64,000 nt of DNA from an uncultured Gemmatimonadales bacterium (GCA_963716255.1 OY970303.1:6464001-6528000), one strand, 5' to 3'; counted from the first letter of the stretch, positions 31,690-41,809 are shown. Numbers and translations are program-made. The notes: generated by a model not told the origin, from the letters alone.

Positions 31690-32847
31690 CTACGCCTCGC
31701 CCATGAAGCGCCGCCGCGCCGCCAGCGCCCGCTCCAGCGCCTCCTCCGGCGTGTCGGCGAGCACGGTCAGGTGCCCCATCTTCCGCCCGGGGCGCCCCTC
31801 CGCCTTGCCGTACAGGTGCAGCGTCACGGCCGGGTCGCGAAACAGCTCCGCCGTTTCCGGGCGGCCCAGCCCGTTCCCCACGTGCTCGCCCAGCAGGTTC
31901 ACCATCGCCGCGGGGCGCAGCAGGTCGGCCGCGCCCAGGGGGAGCCCGCACACCGCGCGCAGCTGCTGCTCGAACTGCGACACGGAGCAGGCCTCCCAGG
32001 TGTAGTGGCCGGAGTTGTGGGGGCGCGGCGCCACCTCGTTGATGCGCAGCGTACCGTCCTCCTCCAGGAACATCTCCACCCCCAGCACCCCCACCACGTC
32101 CAGCCCCGCGGCCATCGCCTCCGCGATGCGCCGCGCCTCCCGCGCGACCCCGTCGGGGATGCGCGCCGGCACCACCGTGGCGTCCAGGATCCCGCCCACG
32201 TGCACGTTCTCGCCCACGGGAAAGGACAGGGTCTCCCCCGTCTCCGTCCGCGCGCACACCACCGACAGCTCCATCCGGAAGGGAACGAACGCTTCCAGGA
32301 TCAGCTCGGTTCCCGGCCCTCCCAGCGCCGCGAAGGCGGCGTCCGCCTCGCCGGCGGCGCGGATCACGGCCTGGCCCTTTCCGTCGTAGCCGCCGCGCGC
32401 CGTCTTCAGCACCGCGGGCGCGCCGATCTCCGCCAGGGCGGCCCGCAGCTCCTCCACGGTTCCCACGGCGCGGTATTCCGCGGTGGGAAGGCCCAGGCGT
32501 CGGGCCGCGTCCTTTTCGCGGACCCGGTGCTGCGCGGTCTCCAGCACGTGCGGGCCGGGGTGCAGGCGGACACCGGCGGGGAGGGAGCGGAGCGCGTCCA
32601 CGTCCGCGTTCTCCCACTCCAGCGTCACCACGTCGGAGAGGCGCGCCAGCTCGCGGATCGCCGCGGGGTCGTCCAGGGGAGCACGCAGGTGCCCGTCGCA
32701 CACCTGCGCCGCAGGGGCGTCCTCCGCGGGGTCAAGCACCAGCGTCCGGTAGCCCATGCGGCGCGCCTCCAGCCCCAGCATCCGCCCCAGCTGCCCCCCG
32801 CCCACGATGCCGATGGTGGCGCCGGGGAGGACCGGGCCCCCCGTCAC
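31690..32847 (-). CDS. purK: N5-carboxyaminoimidazole ribonucleotide synthase
   Basis: [43 protein letters not shown]. Confidence 0.95.
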   Translation of the reverse strand: MTGGPVLPGATIGIVGGGQLGRMLGLEARRMGYRTLVLDPAEDAPAAQVCDGHLRAPLDDPAAIRELARLSDVVTLEWENADVDALRSLPAGVRLHPGPHVLETAQHRVREKDAARRLGLPTAEYRAVGTVEELRAALAEIGAPAVLKTARGGYDGKGQAVIRAAGEADAAFAALGGPGTELILEAFVPFRMELSVVCARTETGETLSFPVGENVHVGGILDATVVPARIPDGVAREARRIAEAMAAGLDVVGVLGVEMFLEEDGTLRINEVAPRPHNSGHYTWEACSVSQFEQQLRAVCGLPLGAADLLRPAAMVNLLGEHVGNGLGRPETAELFRDPAVTLHLYGKAEGRPGRKMGHLTVLADTPEEALERALAARRRFMGEA

Positions 32848-33344
32848 TTCGCCTCGCCGGGCGAGGGCTCCGGGCGCAGCGCGTCCTCGGCCATGCGCTC
32901 GCGGTAGGCGTGCAGCCGCCCGCGCAGCCCCGGGTCGCCGAGCGCCAGGATGCGCGCGGCGAGCAGTCCCGCGTTCGCCGCGCCCGCCTTGCCGATGGCG
33001 ACGGTGGCCACGGGGACGCCCCTGGGCATCTGCACGATGGACAGGAGCGAGTCCAGCCCGTTGAGCGTGGAGGACAGCACCGGCACGCCGATCACCGGGA
33101 GAACCGTCTTGGCGGCCGTCATCCCGGGAAGGTGCGCCGCGCCCCCCGCGCCGGCCACGATCACCTGGATCCCGCGCCCCTCCGCCGCTTCCGCGTACGC
33201 GAACATGCGGTCCGGGGTGCGGTGCGCGGAAACGATCTCCATCTCGTAGTCCACCTCCAGCTCGTCCAGGACGCGGGCGGCCTCCAGCATCGTTTCCCGG
33301 TCGGACCGGCTCCCCATGATGATCCCGACGCGCGGCTGGCTCAC
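32844..33344 (-). CDS. purE: N5-CAIR mutase
   Basis: [38 protein letters not shown]. Confidence 0.96.
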   Translation of the reverse strand: MSQPRVGIIMGSRSDRETMLEAARVLDELEVDYEMEIVSAHRTPDRMFAYAEAAEGRGIQVIVAGAGGAAHLPGMTAAKTVLPVIGVPVLSSTLNGLDSLLSIVQMPRGVPVATVAIGKAGAANAGLLAARILALGDPGLRGRLHAYRERMAEDALRPEPSPGEAK

Positions 33345-33517
33345 GAACGCTCCTCCGGACGAGTTTTTCGGCGGTCCCGCGGGGGCGCCCCGCCCCCGCG
33401 GGCGTGAATGTAGGCGAGGGCACCCGCCCCGGCAACGCGCCTTGTGGGCCCGCGGAGGCCCGCATAAGTTCACCTCCTGAACCGATCGCCGATCCTCCCC
33501 CTCCCACCGGCCGCCGC

Positions 33518-33835
33518 ATGGACCTCCGCGAGGCGCAGGCACAGGTGCACGCCTACATCTCCCAGTTCAAGGAGGGGTACTTCCCCCCGCTGGTGAACCT
33601 GGCCCGCCTCACCGAGGAGGTGGGGGAGCTGGCCCGGGAGATGAACCACCGCTTCGGCCCGAAGACCAAGAAGGCCGACGAGCCCGAGGGGGACGTCGCG
33701 CTGGAGCTGGCGGACATCCTGTTCGTGCTGGTGGTGCTCGCCAACCAGATGAACATCGACCTGCAGGAAGCGCTGGACCGCACCATGACCAAGTACCGCG
33801 TCCGCGACGCCGACCGCTGGGAGCGGAACGACTGA
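33518..33835 (+). CDS. MazG-like nucleotide pyrophosphohydrolase (YpjD-like)
   Basis: [22 protein letters not shown]...ELADILF...RDADRW. Confidence 0.9.
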   Translation: MDLREAQAQVHAYISQFKEGYFPPLVNLARLTEEVGELAREMNHRFGPKTKKADEPEGDVALELADILFVLVVLANQMNIDLQEALDRTMTKYRVRDADRWERND

Positions 33836-33898
33836 CCCTCCCTCGCCGCCCGCGGAGTCGCCCGGCCCCCCGCTCCCCCCACCCGTCCGCCCGCCCCC

Positions 33899-35266
33899 AT
33901 GCAGCCAGTCGTCTACATCGTCGACGATGACCCGGTCCAGCTGGCGCTGCTCACCGCGCAGCTGGAGCGCTTCCGCCGTTTCAGCACCCAGGGGTTCACT
34001 TCGTCCGAGGAGGCGCTGGAGGCGGTGGAGACCGAGCCGCCCGACGGCATCGTCTGCGACCTGGTGATGCCGGGGATGGACGGCGTAGAGTTCACCCGGC
34101 GGGTGCGCGCCGGCTACCGCGGCATCCCCATCATCATCGCCACCGCGCGCTCCGAGGTGGGCGACGCCGAGCGCTGCCTGGCCGCCGGCGCCACCGACTT
34201 CGTCACCAAGCCCATCGACGCGGCGGGGCTGGTGACGCGCATCGTGCGCAGCCTGGAGGAGACCCCCGCCCGCGACCTGCGTCCTTCCGGCGACGGCGAC
34301 GTCGACCCCAACCGCATCATCGGCTCGCACCCGCTGATCGAGGAGGTGCGCAAGTTCATCCGCAACGTGGCCTCCGTCCCGCACGTGTCGGCGCTGCTCC
34401 TGGGCGAGTCGGGAACGGGGAAGAGCCTGGTGGCGCGCTCCATCCACGACGCGGGCCATGGCCTGCGCACGCGCCTGGCCGAGATCAACTGCGCCTCGCT
34501 CCCGGCGCAGGTGCTGGAGGCCGAGCTGTTCGGCTACGAGAAGGGCGCCTTCCCCGAGGCGCGGCAGACCAAGAAGGGGCTGCTGGAGGTGGCCGACAGC
34601 GGGACGCTCTTCCTGGACGACATCGGCAAGATGCCGGCGGAGGTGCAGGGCAAGCTGCTCAGCTTCCTGGAAGGGCGCAGCTTCCGGCGCCTGGGCTCCA
34701 CGCGCGAGATGTCGTCCAACCTGCGCATCATCGCGGCGAGCAACGTGGACCTGGCGGGGGAGGTGGCCGCGGGGCGCTTCCGGCGCGACCTGTACTATCG
34801 CCTCAACGTGGTGTCGCACGTGCTGCCGCCGCTGCGCGACGTGCGCACCGACATCCCCGCGCTCGCCCACCACTTCGTGGCGCGGGCGGCGGCGTACTTC
34901 GGCAAGCCGGTGCCGGGGCTGGACCCGGACGACTTGGAGCGCCTGCAGGGCTACCACTGGCCGGGGAACGCACGCGAGCTGCGCAACCTGATCGAGCGCT
35001 CCATGATCTTTTCGCGCGACTCCAGCCTGCGCGTGAGCACCTTCATCGGGTCGGTGGGCGCCCCGGCAACGGCCGTCCTTTCCGTGCCCAAGGGGCTGAC
35101 GCTGGACGAGGTGGAGCGGCTGTACATCGAGGCGACGCTGCGGGAGATGGGGGGGAACGTGCAGGCGGCGGCGACGGCGCTGGGGGTGTCGCGCAAGGTC
35201 CTCTGGCAGCGGCGCAAGCGCCACGGACTTTTAGAGGAAAGGTCTACCGAAGAGATCGTGGACTGA
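33899..35266 (+). CDS. NtrC-family response regulator with degenerate GAFTGA and Walker B motifs
   Basis: Receiver + AAA+ (GESGTGKS) + Fis HTH; GAFPEA and LFLDDI. Confidence 0.9.
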   Translation: MQPVVYIVDDDPVQLALLTAQLERFRRFSTQGFTSSEEALEAVETEPPDGIVCDLVMPGMDGVEFTRRVRAGYRGIPIIIATARSEVGDAERCLAAGATDFVTKPIDAAGLVTRIVRSLEETPARDLRPSGDGDVDPNRIIGSHPLIEEVRKFIRNVASVPHVSALLLGESGTGKSLVARSIHDAGHGLRTRLAEINCASLPAQVLEAELFGYEKGAFPEARQTKKGLLEVADSGTLFLDDIGKMPAEVQGKLLSFLEGRSFRRLGSTREMSSNLRIIAASNVDLAGEVAAGRFRRDLYYRLNVVSHVLPPLRDVRTDIPALAHHFVARAAAYFGKPVPGLDPDDLERLQGYHWPGNARELRNLIERSMIFSRDSSLRVSTFIGSVGAPATAVLSVPKGLTLDEVERLYIEATLREMGGNVQAAATALGVSRKVLWQRRKRHGLLEERSTEEIVD

Positions 35267-35295
35267 ACTGTTGGAACGGCTCGAACTACGGATTC

Positions 35296-35516
35296 GGGCG
35301 TGCCCCCGGCTGGCGCCGGGGTCGGGCTTCGGCTCCGTAGGGCTGCAAACAACGCAGCCCTACGGAGTCGAGCCCGCGCAAACAGCCGCGCGGTCTCGCC
35401 CCTTCGGGCCGAAATCCCTCACGCGGGCATCGCGCTGGCGTCCGCAGGGGCCCTCACCCGGCGCGCTTGAGGCTCGCACGGCTCGCCTCCTGACATCCCC
35501 CGTTCCGGGGGAGGGG
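35296..35516 (+). repeat. Structured dispersed element copy 3 (core 35296-35424)
   Basis: Near-identical core to 9812 and 30506. Confidence 0.85.
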
Positions 35517-35682
35517 CATCTCCACGCTGACGATCCCCGGCTTCGTCCGTGTCGTTCTCCCCCTCCCCCCTTGCGGGGGAGGGGGGGCCGAGGCCCGGCA
35601 GGATCCCCGCCCTCCGACTGTCGTTCCCCTCCTTTCCCCTCGTGGGAGAGGGGCCGGCGGATGGGGGCGCGGTGAGAAGACG

Positions 35683-35717
35683 AACGCCCCCGCCGGGATT
35701 TCCCGGCGGGGGCGCTT
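35683..35717. terminator. Probable intrinsic terminator between convergent genes
   Basis: aacgcccccgccgggatttcccggcgggggcgctt hairpin. Confidence 0.6.
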
Positions 35718-35752
35718 CCGTACTTCGTACCGCCCGTCTCCCGCGGCCGCTC

Positions 35753-36160
35753 CTACAGGTTCGTCGCCACCACGTAGGTCACCTTGACGGCGTCGCCCGG
35801 CGGCAGGTCGCCCGCGCGCAGGTCCAGGCGGTAGCGCCCGTCCGCAGAGGGGATCCGGGCGGGCGGCGCGGGCTCACGTGCGAGGAGTGCCGACGTGGCC
35901 GCGGCCGTGGCGTCGGCAGCGGCCGCGCGGGTGACGACGACGTCGACCAGGTACCCCGCGGCGCCGGGGACGACAGCCGGGGTGGTCACGTCCAGGTAGC
36001 GGCCCTGGCGGTAGTCCAGCTTCACCCCCGCCGGAGCCTCCACCCGCAGAGGCTCCGCGATGGTGGCGGAAACGCCGATGGACGCGGTGCGCACCTGTGC
36101 CGCGGCCGGCGACACGGCGCCGAGCAGCGCCAGCGCAGCGAGCAACACGAGCTTCTTCAT
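35753..36160 (-). CDS. Secreted beta-rich protein, possible accessory pilin-like subunit
   Basis: GGAGG RBS; Sec signal MKKLVLLAALALLGAVSPAAA; ASIGVSATI N-terminal strand and VTYVVATNL C-terminal strand. Confidence 0.7.
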   Translation of the reverse strand: MKKLVLLAALALLGAVSPAAAQVRTASIGVSATIAEPLRVEAPAGVKLDYRQGRYLDVTTPAVVPGAAGYLVDVVVTRAAAADATAAATSALLAREPAPPARIPSADGRYRLDLRAGDLPPGDAVKVTYVVATNL

Positions 36161-36364
36161 GACCGCCTCCGCGTACAGGGTTTCCGCGTTCGCGGCATCC
36201 CTCAATGCGAAGATCGGGCCGAATCGGGAAGATGCTCAAGTGTTTGTGGGGTTTGGGGTTGCGCGAGTGGCGGCGGGGCGGGGGAACCGTAAAGTTGCTG
36301 GGCGGCTTCCCACCCGGATTTTCGTCAAGGCTTTGAAGGGTAAAGAGTTGGAAGACGTGTAAAG

Positions 36365-36400
36365 AAACGGGACGGTGCCGGAGGGCACCGTCCCGTTTTT
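36365..36400. terminator. Intrinsic terminator downstream of the usher-like gene
   Basis: aaacgggacggtgcc-ggag-ggcaccgtcccgttttt. Confidence 0.7.
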
Positions 36401-36418
36401 CCCCGGCCCTTCTGGGGG

Positions 36419-38995
36419 TCAGCCGTCGGCGGGAACCAGCCGGATCGGGGCCAGCTCCACCAGCAGCTCGTCGCCCGCGGGGCTGATGCGGAAGCGGACC
36501 GAGGCGGGGTCCGCCTTCGCCCGCAGGGCGCGGAGCGAGGCGGCGGAGACGGTGATCTCGTACTCGCCGGGGCGCACCCGGCTCAGGTAGAACTCCCCGT
36601 CGCTGAAGGTCACCACGCTGGTCGCGCGGTCGCCGGACAGCTCCCGCAGCTCCAGCGTGACGCCGCCCGCGGTGGCGACGCCCGGGGCGGCCTCCAGGCG
36701 GCCGGCCAGCTCGCGCGTCTGCACCAGGGGGAAGTCCACCCGGTTGTACATGTGGGGGGTGGGGCGCAGGCGGACGCCGCGCGTCAGCGGGATCCAGCTG
36801 GCGTCGATCCGCCGCAGCGTGTCCACGCTCACCTCCGCCACTTCGTACGGGACCACGTTCCAGGCCCGGTACACCCCGGCCGAATCGGTGCGCGCCCGGC
36901 TGCTCCCCACCAGCACCTCCACACCCGCCGCCGCGCGGTCGCCGTCGCCGAGCACGCCGTCGCCGTCGTGGTCGTAGAAGACCACCCCGCTCACCCCCGC
37001 GTCGCGGACCCCGCCGTAGGTGAGGGGCACCACTCCCGTGCGGCGGTCCCAGCTCAGCCCCCCGTTCATCGTGGCGGTGGCGAGCGTGGCCCGGCCGGGC
37101 GTGGCGGCCAGGCGAGCCTGCGTGCGCGAGAAGCGGGTGGACAGGCTGTAGTTGACGGTGAGCGAGGGGGAGCGGGTCTCCAGGTCCCAGCGCGACGCGA
37201 GCACCAGGTAGCCCGAGGAGCCCAGCTGGACGGAGGTGCCCACCTGGAGCAGCTCGAGGCCGCCGTCGCCGAAGCCCACCCCGGCGGTGAGCGGGCGGTT
37301 GCGGAGCCAGGCGGCGCCACGGTCCGGCGTGAGCACCAGCCCCGACAGCGTCAGCAGCCCGCCGTCGCGCAGCCGGTCGTACTCGTAGCCGGCGTCCACC
37401 GTCCCGCGCGGCACGTCCAGCGTGCCCAGCACGCGCGCGCGGTCCACCGGGCGGCCGCGCTCCGCCTCCACGCGCGCCTCCGTGCGCAGGGCCCGCACCG
37501 TCCAGGGGAAGCGCACGGAAAGCAGCGACTCGGCGTACCAGCGCGGTCGCAGCGTGGGGATGAACGACGGCTGGCCGGCACCCGGGTAGTTGATGCCGGC
37601 GGTGAGGGCGGCGTTCACCGGCCGGTTCCCGTAGTAGCCGGCCTGGGCCCGAAGGTACGACGACTTCGCCGCCTCGAGCTGGGCCGCCCACCCGGAGATC
37701 CACGCCATGCTGACCGATGCGTTGGGGAGCACCGCCTCCCGCAGCGAGTCCGAGCTGGCCTCCAGCCCGCCGCCCACCGTCAGCCAGTGGGCGAGCCCCA
37801 CGTCCGCGCTGGCGTAGGCCAGGTACTCGCACCCGCGGTTGGGGCAGACGCCGGCGCCCGCCGAATACTCCACCCGGCCGGGAGCGAGCTGAGTGGGCGG
37901 CACCTGGTACAGGACCTCGGTCACCACCTCCTCGCCCGCGGGGCTGTACATGCGCACCTGAAGCGGCGTGCCGCCGTAGCGAAGCGGCACCGAGACGGGG
38001 CCGCGCGACACACCGTCCGAGAACCCCAGCAGCTCGCCGTTCTGGTACACTTCGTACTCCCACCCCTGGGGCACGTCGGGGGACAGGAGAACGCTCGAAA
38101 AGAAAGGGTCGCGCACCACCCGTGCGTTGGTGACGTTGATCCCGCGCACCGAGCGCAGCAGCGCCCCTCCGGCGACGATGTCGCCCACCTCCACCTGCCG
38201 CACCAGCATCGAGGTGGGAAAGCCCCGGCGGTAGCTCCAGTTCCAGTCCGAGATCTCGCCCAGGCCGCTCGCCCGGGGGGCCAGCGTTCCCCCGGCCGAC
38301 AGGTCGCCGCCCCAGAGCGCCACCCCCGCCTGCGAGCGCAGGGTGTAGCCGCCTAGCAGGTCGTCGCCGGTCGCGGAGATCCCCCAGTCCAGCACCCCGG
38401 CGCCCGAGCGCGCGGCGTACGGCACCGGCGGGCCCACGCTCCGGCCGGCCGGCCGGACGCGGGTGCGGCGCGAGGCGGCCGCGGCCTCCTGCTCCGCTGG
38501 AAAGGGGGGCGTGCGGGTGACGTTGACCACCAGAGCCGCCGGGTCCACCGCGAGCGTCGCCTGCAGCAGGTCGGCGATGCGCTCGGTGTGGAGGTACACC
38601 TCGCGGCCGACCACCACCGCGTCCCGCTCGCCGAGGCCGATGCGGCCGTCCGGCCGGACCACGGCGCGGGCGGCGAGGTCCAGGGCGTTGCGGCCTCCGC
38701 CACCCAGCGCGGGGAGCGAGAAGAGGGAGTCGCCGCGGGATCGCTGGAACGGGATCCCCGTCATCTCGAGCACGGGGACCACCGGGACGAGCACCGCCCC
38801 CGAGGTGTCCACCAGCGCGGCCAGCGTCACCGAGGCGGTCCTGGGGATGCGCACCTCATACAGCCCCTGCTCGAAGCCGGCGGGGACCTCCTGCGCGCGC
38901 AGCTCCCGCCCCGGCGACAGGGCGAGGATGCAGAAAACGACGAACAGCCCGGCCGCGCGGAGCACGGCCCCCGGGCCGTGGCGGGGACGGGACAA
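36419..38995 (-). CDS. Usher-like outer-membrane protein with C-terminal prealbumin-like domains (start uncertain)
   Basis: Signal peptide; QVEVGDI, GINVTNA, GWEYEVYQNGELLG, VPLRYGGTPLQVRMYSPAGE (usher plug-like); VSGVVFYDHDGDG; TFSDGEFYLSRVRPGEY. Confidence 0.75.
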   Translation of the reverse strand: MSRPRHGPGAVLRAAGLFVVFCILALSPGRELRAQEVPAGFEQGLYEVRIPRTASVTLAALVDTSGAVLVPVVPVLEMTGIPFQRSRGDSLFSLPALGGGGRNALDLAARAVVRPDGRIGLGERDAVVVGREVYLHTERIADLLQATLAVDPAALVVNVTRTPPFPAEQEAAAASRRTRVRPAGRSVGPPVPYAARSGAGVLDWGISATGDDLLGGYTLRSQAGVALWGGDLSAGGTLAPRASGLGEISDWNWSYRRGFPTSMLVRQVEVGDIVAGGALLRSVRGINVTNARVVRDPFFSSVLLSPDVPQGWEYEVYQNGELLGFSDGVSRGPVSVPLRYGGTPLQVRMYSPAGEEVVTEVLYQVPPTQLAPGRVEYSAGAGVCPNRGCEYLAYASADVGLAHWLTVGGGLEASSDSLREAVLPNASVSMAWISGWAAQLEAAKSSYLRAQAGYYGNRPVNAALTAGINYPGAGQPSFIPTLRPRWYAESLLSVRFPWTVRALRTEARVEAERGRPVDRARVLGTLDVPRGTVDAGYEYDRLRDGGLLTLSGLVLTPDRGAAWLRNRPLTAGVGFGDGGLELLQVGTSVQLGSSGYLVLASRWDLETRSPSLTVNYSLSTRFSRTQARLAATPGRATLATATMNGGLSWDRRTGVVPLTYGGVRDAGVSGVVFYDHDGDGVLGDGDRAAAGVEVLVGSSRARTDSAGVYRAWNVVPYEVAEVSVDTLRRIDASWIPLTRGVRLRPTPHMYNRVDFPLVQTRELAGRLEAAPGVATAGGVTLELRELSGDRATSVVTFSDGEFYLSRVRPGEYEITVSAASLRALRAKADPASVRFRISPAGDELLVELAPIRLVPADG

Positions 38996-39133
38996 GATCA
39001 GGCCGTCGAGGTGGTGGAGGCGGAAGGCGGAGCGGAGGCCCCTAATACTCAATCGGCGGGCGTGCCCGCGCAAGGCTGCGCGGCAGGGAGGGAAGAGCAG
39101 CCGCGCTCCGGAGGAGCGCACCCGCTCCGGAGC

Positions 39134-39739
39134 TCAGAAGCTGCTGTACTCGAAGCGGATGGTGACGATCCCGGAGTAGATCCCGGCCCGCTGGCTGGCG
39201 GTGGGCGTCGCGGTGCCGCCCAGGTACAGGTACAGGTCGCGGCCGTTGGTCCCGGGCTGCAGGGCCGGGTCGGCGCCGGGGCCGTTGATCTGGTAGCTGT
39301 AGGCGTCGCCCGCCACGGGGGTCCCCGTGGCACAGCCGAGCTCGGTCGCCCCGCGGACCACGCATCCCCTGGCCGCGTTGGTCCAGTTGAGCGGCAGCGC
39401 CGCGCCGCCGGGGCCGGCCAGCGAGGCGGGGAGGCTGACGAAGGTGACGCGGATGTACCGCCGGTTCGCCGAGTTGGCGGGCGACAGGCTGGAGAACACC
39501 CACAGGCCGGAAGCGCACCCTGCACAGCTCTGCGCGTTCTGCGGGGCCACCGTCTGCGGGATCCCGGGCGTGGCCGTCCCGAACTCCAGGTCGCGCACGG
39601 CCGCCCCGGTGAGCGCCGTCTCCACCACGGCGAGGCTCTGAACGTTCGCCTGCACCTGCTGCGCACCCGCGGCCCCGCTGGTGGCGGAAAGCGCGAGGAT
39701 GAGAACCGGGAAAAGCACCCGCCAGCAGGGAAGTCGCAT
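39134..39739 (-). CDS. DUF4402-like minor pilus subunit, Cys-rich
   Basis: Signal peptide; RDLEFG; LYLGGTATPTASQRAGIYSGIVTIRFEY; four Cys in mature part. Confidence 0.72.
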   Translation of the reverse strand: MRLPCWRVLFPVLILALSATSGAAGAQQVQANVQSLAVVETALTGAAVRDLEFGTATPGIPQTVAPQNAQSCAGCASGLWVFSSLSPANSANRRYIRVTFVSLPASLAGPGGAALPLNWTNAARGCVVRGATELGCATGTPVAGDAYSYQINGPGADPALQPGTNGRDLYLYLGGTATPTASQRAGIYSGIVTIRFEYSSF

Positions 39740-39747
39740 GGGTCGGC

Positions 39748-40608
39748 TCAGGCGATGGGAAGGGTTTCGGTCACGGCCGACGCCGGGAGGATGCTTTCCG
39801 GCGGCAGGTCGGTCCGGTCCGTGTCGAGCGTGAACACCACGCGGTGCCCGGCGAGCGAGCGGGGAGCGGGGAGCGGGATCCGCACCACCTTGCGCAGCCC
39901 CCGGTAGACGGCGATGCCGTCGGTCGCTTCGGCCACCACGCGGCCGTCCGGCGCGAGGAGCTGCGCCCGGACCTGACCAACGAAGGCGGCGTTCCCCTCG
40001 CGCTCCAGGTCCAGCGTCAGCTCGGCCGCCTCGGGAGTGGCGCGCACGGCGCGGTTCGTCACCCGTACGCCGGTGCTCACGCTGCCGTTGCGGTAGTTGA
40101 CCGGCGCCACGATCTCCATGGCCACGCTCACCGAGGTGCGCACGTTGTTGTCCAGCGTCTGCTCGATGGGAGGCTGCCCCCCCGTCGAGTGGATGCGGAT
40201 GCGCCCCCAGTACTCGCCGTCGGCCAGGCCGGCGGGCGGCGACACCAGGACGCGCACCACCTGCCGCTGCCCCGGCTCCAGGCGCAGCCGCCTGGGGAAG
40301 GCGCGGACCCAGGGGAGCACCGAAGGCTCGCCCGCGGGGGCCACGCTGTCCAGCTGCACGGCGATCCTTCCCTCGGCATCCGACCGCGGGTACCCGAACG
40401 CGAACGACAGCGTGATCTCCTCCGGCAGGCTGCCCGGGTTGAACAGCGTCAGCGTCCCGGTGCGGGTGCGGTGGTCGATGTAGAGCGCGTTGGGGCTCAC
40501 CGAGACCGCCGCCGCCTCGCCCGCGCCGAACCCGACGAGGAGCGTGCAGAAGAGGAGCGCCCGGGCGAGCAGGCCGGGTCGGATACGGCCGGTGGACAGG
40601 CGGAGCAT
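39748..40608 (-). CDS. PapD-like periplasmic pilus chaperone
   Basis: VSVSPNALYI, TLTLFN, FPRRLRLEPGQRQVVRV, LADGEYW, LEREGNA. Confidence 0.82.
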   Translation of the reverse strand: MLRLSTGRIRPGLLARALLFCTLLVGFGAGEAAAVSVSPNALYIDHRTRTGTLTLFNPGSLPEEITLSFAFGYPRSDAEGRIAVQLDSVAPAGEPSVLPWVRAFPRRLRLEPGQRQVVRVLVSPPAGLADGEYWGRIRIHSTGGQPPIEQTLDNNVRTSVSVAMEIVAPVNYRNGSVSTGVRVTNRAVRATPEAAELTLDLEREGNAAFVGQVRAQLLAPDGRVVAEATDGIAVYRGLRKVVRIPLPAPRSLAGHRVVFTLDTDRTDLPPESILPASAVTETLPIA

Positions 40609-40636
40609 CGTGGGTCCTTCGGTTCCTGCGTGAATG

Positions 40637-41116
40637 TCAGGTGTCGGTACTCGACAGCACGACCACGAGGGTGGCCGTGTACTCGCCCGCGCGCTGCGCC
40701 GCCGTCGTGGCCGCCGTGCCGCCGACCACCAGCGTCGCCTCGCCGTGACCCGGCGGGATCTTGAACCGCTCGGTCACGTTGGGATCGAACGGCGAGAGCT
40801 TGCCGTTCTTGGCCTGGATCGCCCCGTCGCCGCTGCGGAACACCAGCGGGATGCGGGCTCCGTCGCGGGAGGTCAGCGCGGTGGGGAGAATGAGGCGCAG
40901 GTCGAAGTTCCCCGCGCCCGTGATCTTCACCTCCGCCCGCCGCCACGCGTCCTGCACCGTCACCGTTTCGGAGAGCCCCGGGAGCAGCGTCCCGAAGTTC
41001 AGCGGCTGGACCGCCGAGATCGCCGCCTGCGCGGCCGCGGGCGCGGCGCCCGCGAGCGTGGCGAGCGCGAGGAACGCCGCAGACACGATCATCCGGGTAT
41101 CCCTCGCGCTCGTCAT
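40637..41116 (-). CDS. DUF4402-like minor pilus subunit
   Basis: Signal peptide; QPLNFGTLLPG; LVVGGTAATTAAQRAGEYTATLVV. Confidence 0.72.
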   Translation of the reverse strand: MTSARDTRMIVSAAFLALATLAGAAPAAAQAAISAVQPLNFGTLLPGLSETVTVQDAWRRAEVKITGAGNFDLRLILPTALTSRDGARIPLVFRSGDGAIQAKNGKLSPFDPNVTERFKIPPGHGEATLVVGGTAATTAAQRAGEYTATLVVVLSSTDT

Positions 41117-41183
41117 TGCTGCCTTGCCCCGTTGCTCACGTGGGGCGCGGCGCTCCGTCCGTGCGGGCGCCGCGCGTCCCATG

Positions 41184-41690
41184 TCAGAAGGTGGTGTAGG
41201 TCGCGGTGAAGGTCACCGTGCCCGTGTAGTTGCCGGCCGGGGCGGTGGTGGTCGCCGCCGCTGCGATGTCGCCGCCCACGTACAGCCAGTGGTCCGTGCG
41301 GGCGTTGCCGGAGAGGGCCGTGGTGTAGCCCGCCGCGCAGGTGCCGGCGAAGGCCGTCGGCGTGGTGGCGGTGCCGGTGGTCGCCTGGGCGCAGCTGTAG
41401 GTGACGGCGAGGCTGCCGCCGCCGGCGCGGTTGAGCGCGGTGCCGGCGACCGTCACGGTGGTCGGCGTGTTGTACGACACCATGATCTTGCCGCCGTTGG
41501 CCGCGGTCACGGTGGCCCCGGTCCCGGGCGTGATGGGCGCGCCGAAGTCCAGGTTGGTCGGGTTGCTGAAGGTGACGGCCGACTGGACCTTGGCGAGGGC
41601 GTTGATGGTCGCGGTCTGCGTCTGGGCGCTGGCCACCGCCGGAACGATGAGGCAGGCAGCGGCGGCGAGGATGAACGCGGTCTTCTTCAT
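41184..41690 (-). CDS. DUF4402-like major pilus subunit, copy B (168 aa)
   Basis: Signal peptide; TNLDFG; Cys pair; LYVGG...AGNYTGTVTFTATY; AGGAGAG RBS. Confidence 0.8.
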   Translation of the reverse strand: MKKTAFILAAAACLIVPAVASAQTQTATINALAKVQSAVTFSNPTNLDFGAPITPGTGATVTAANGGKIMVSYNTPTTVTVAGTALNRAGGGSLAVTYSCAQATTGTATTPTAFAGTCAAGYTTALSGNARTDHWLYVGGDIAAAATTTAPAGNYTGTVTFTATYTTF

Positions 41691-41809
41691 GATGGTGCTC
41701 TCCTGGGGAGGGTGGGTGGACTGCTTCGACTTCGACTGGTTCAGGACCTTCAGCGGAGGCCCGCGTACCGACAGCGGCCTCCGTTCCGGGCGCCGTTCGG
41801 TGTCGAGAT

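Noticed and set aside
39058..39090. Fourth copy of the dispersed structured element (cgggcgtgccc...)
   Set aside because: Only about 11 nt match; downstream core and CCCTCACGC end are absent.
41691..41805. Assignment of the pilin leader to c-di-AMP (ydaO) or c-di-GMP riboswitch classes
   Set aside because: Short words GGAAC and CCGCUGAA occur but order and architecture do not fit the consensus as I recall; kept only as an unclassified candidate.
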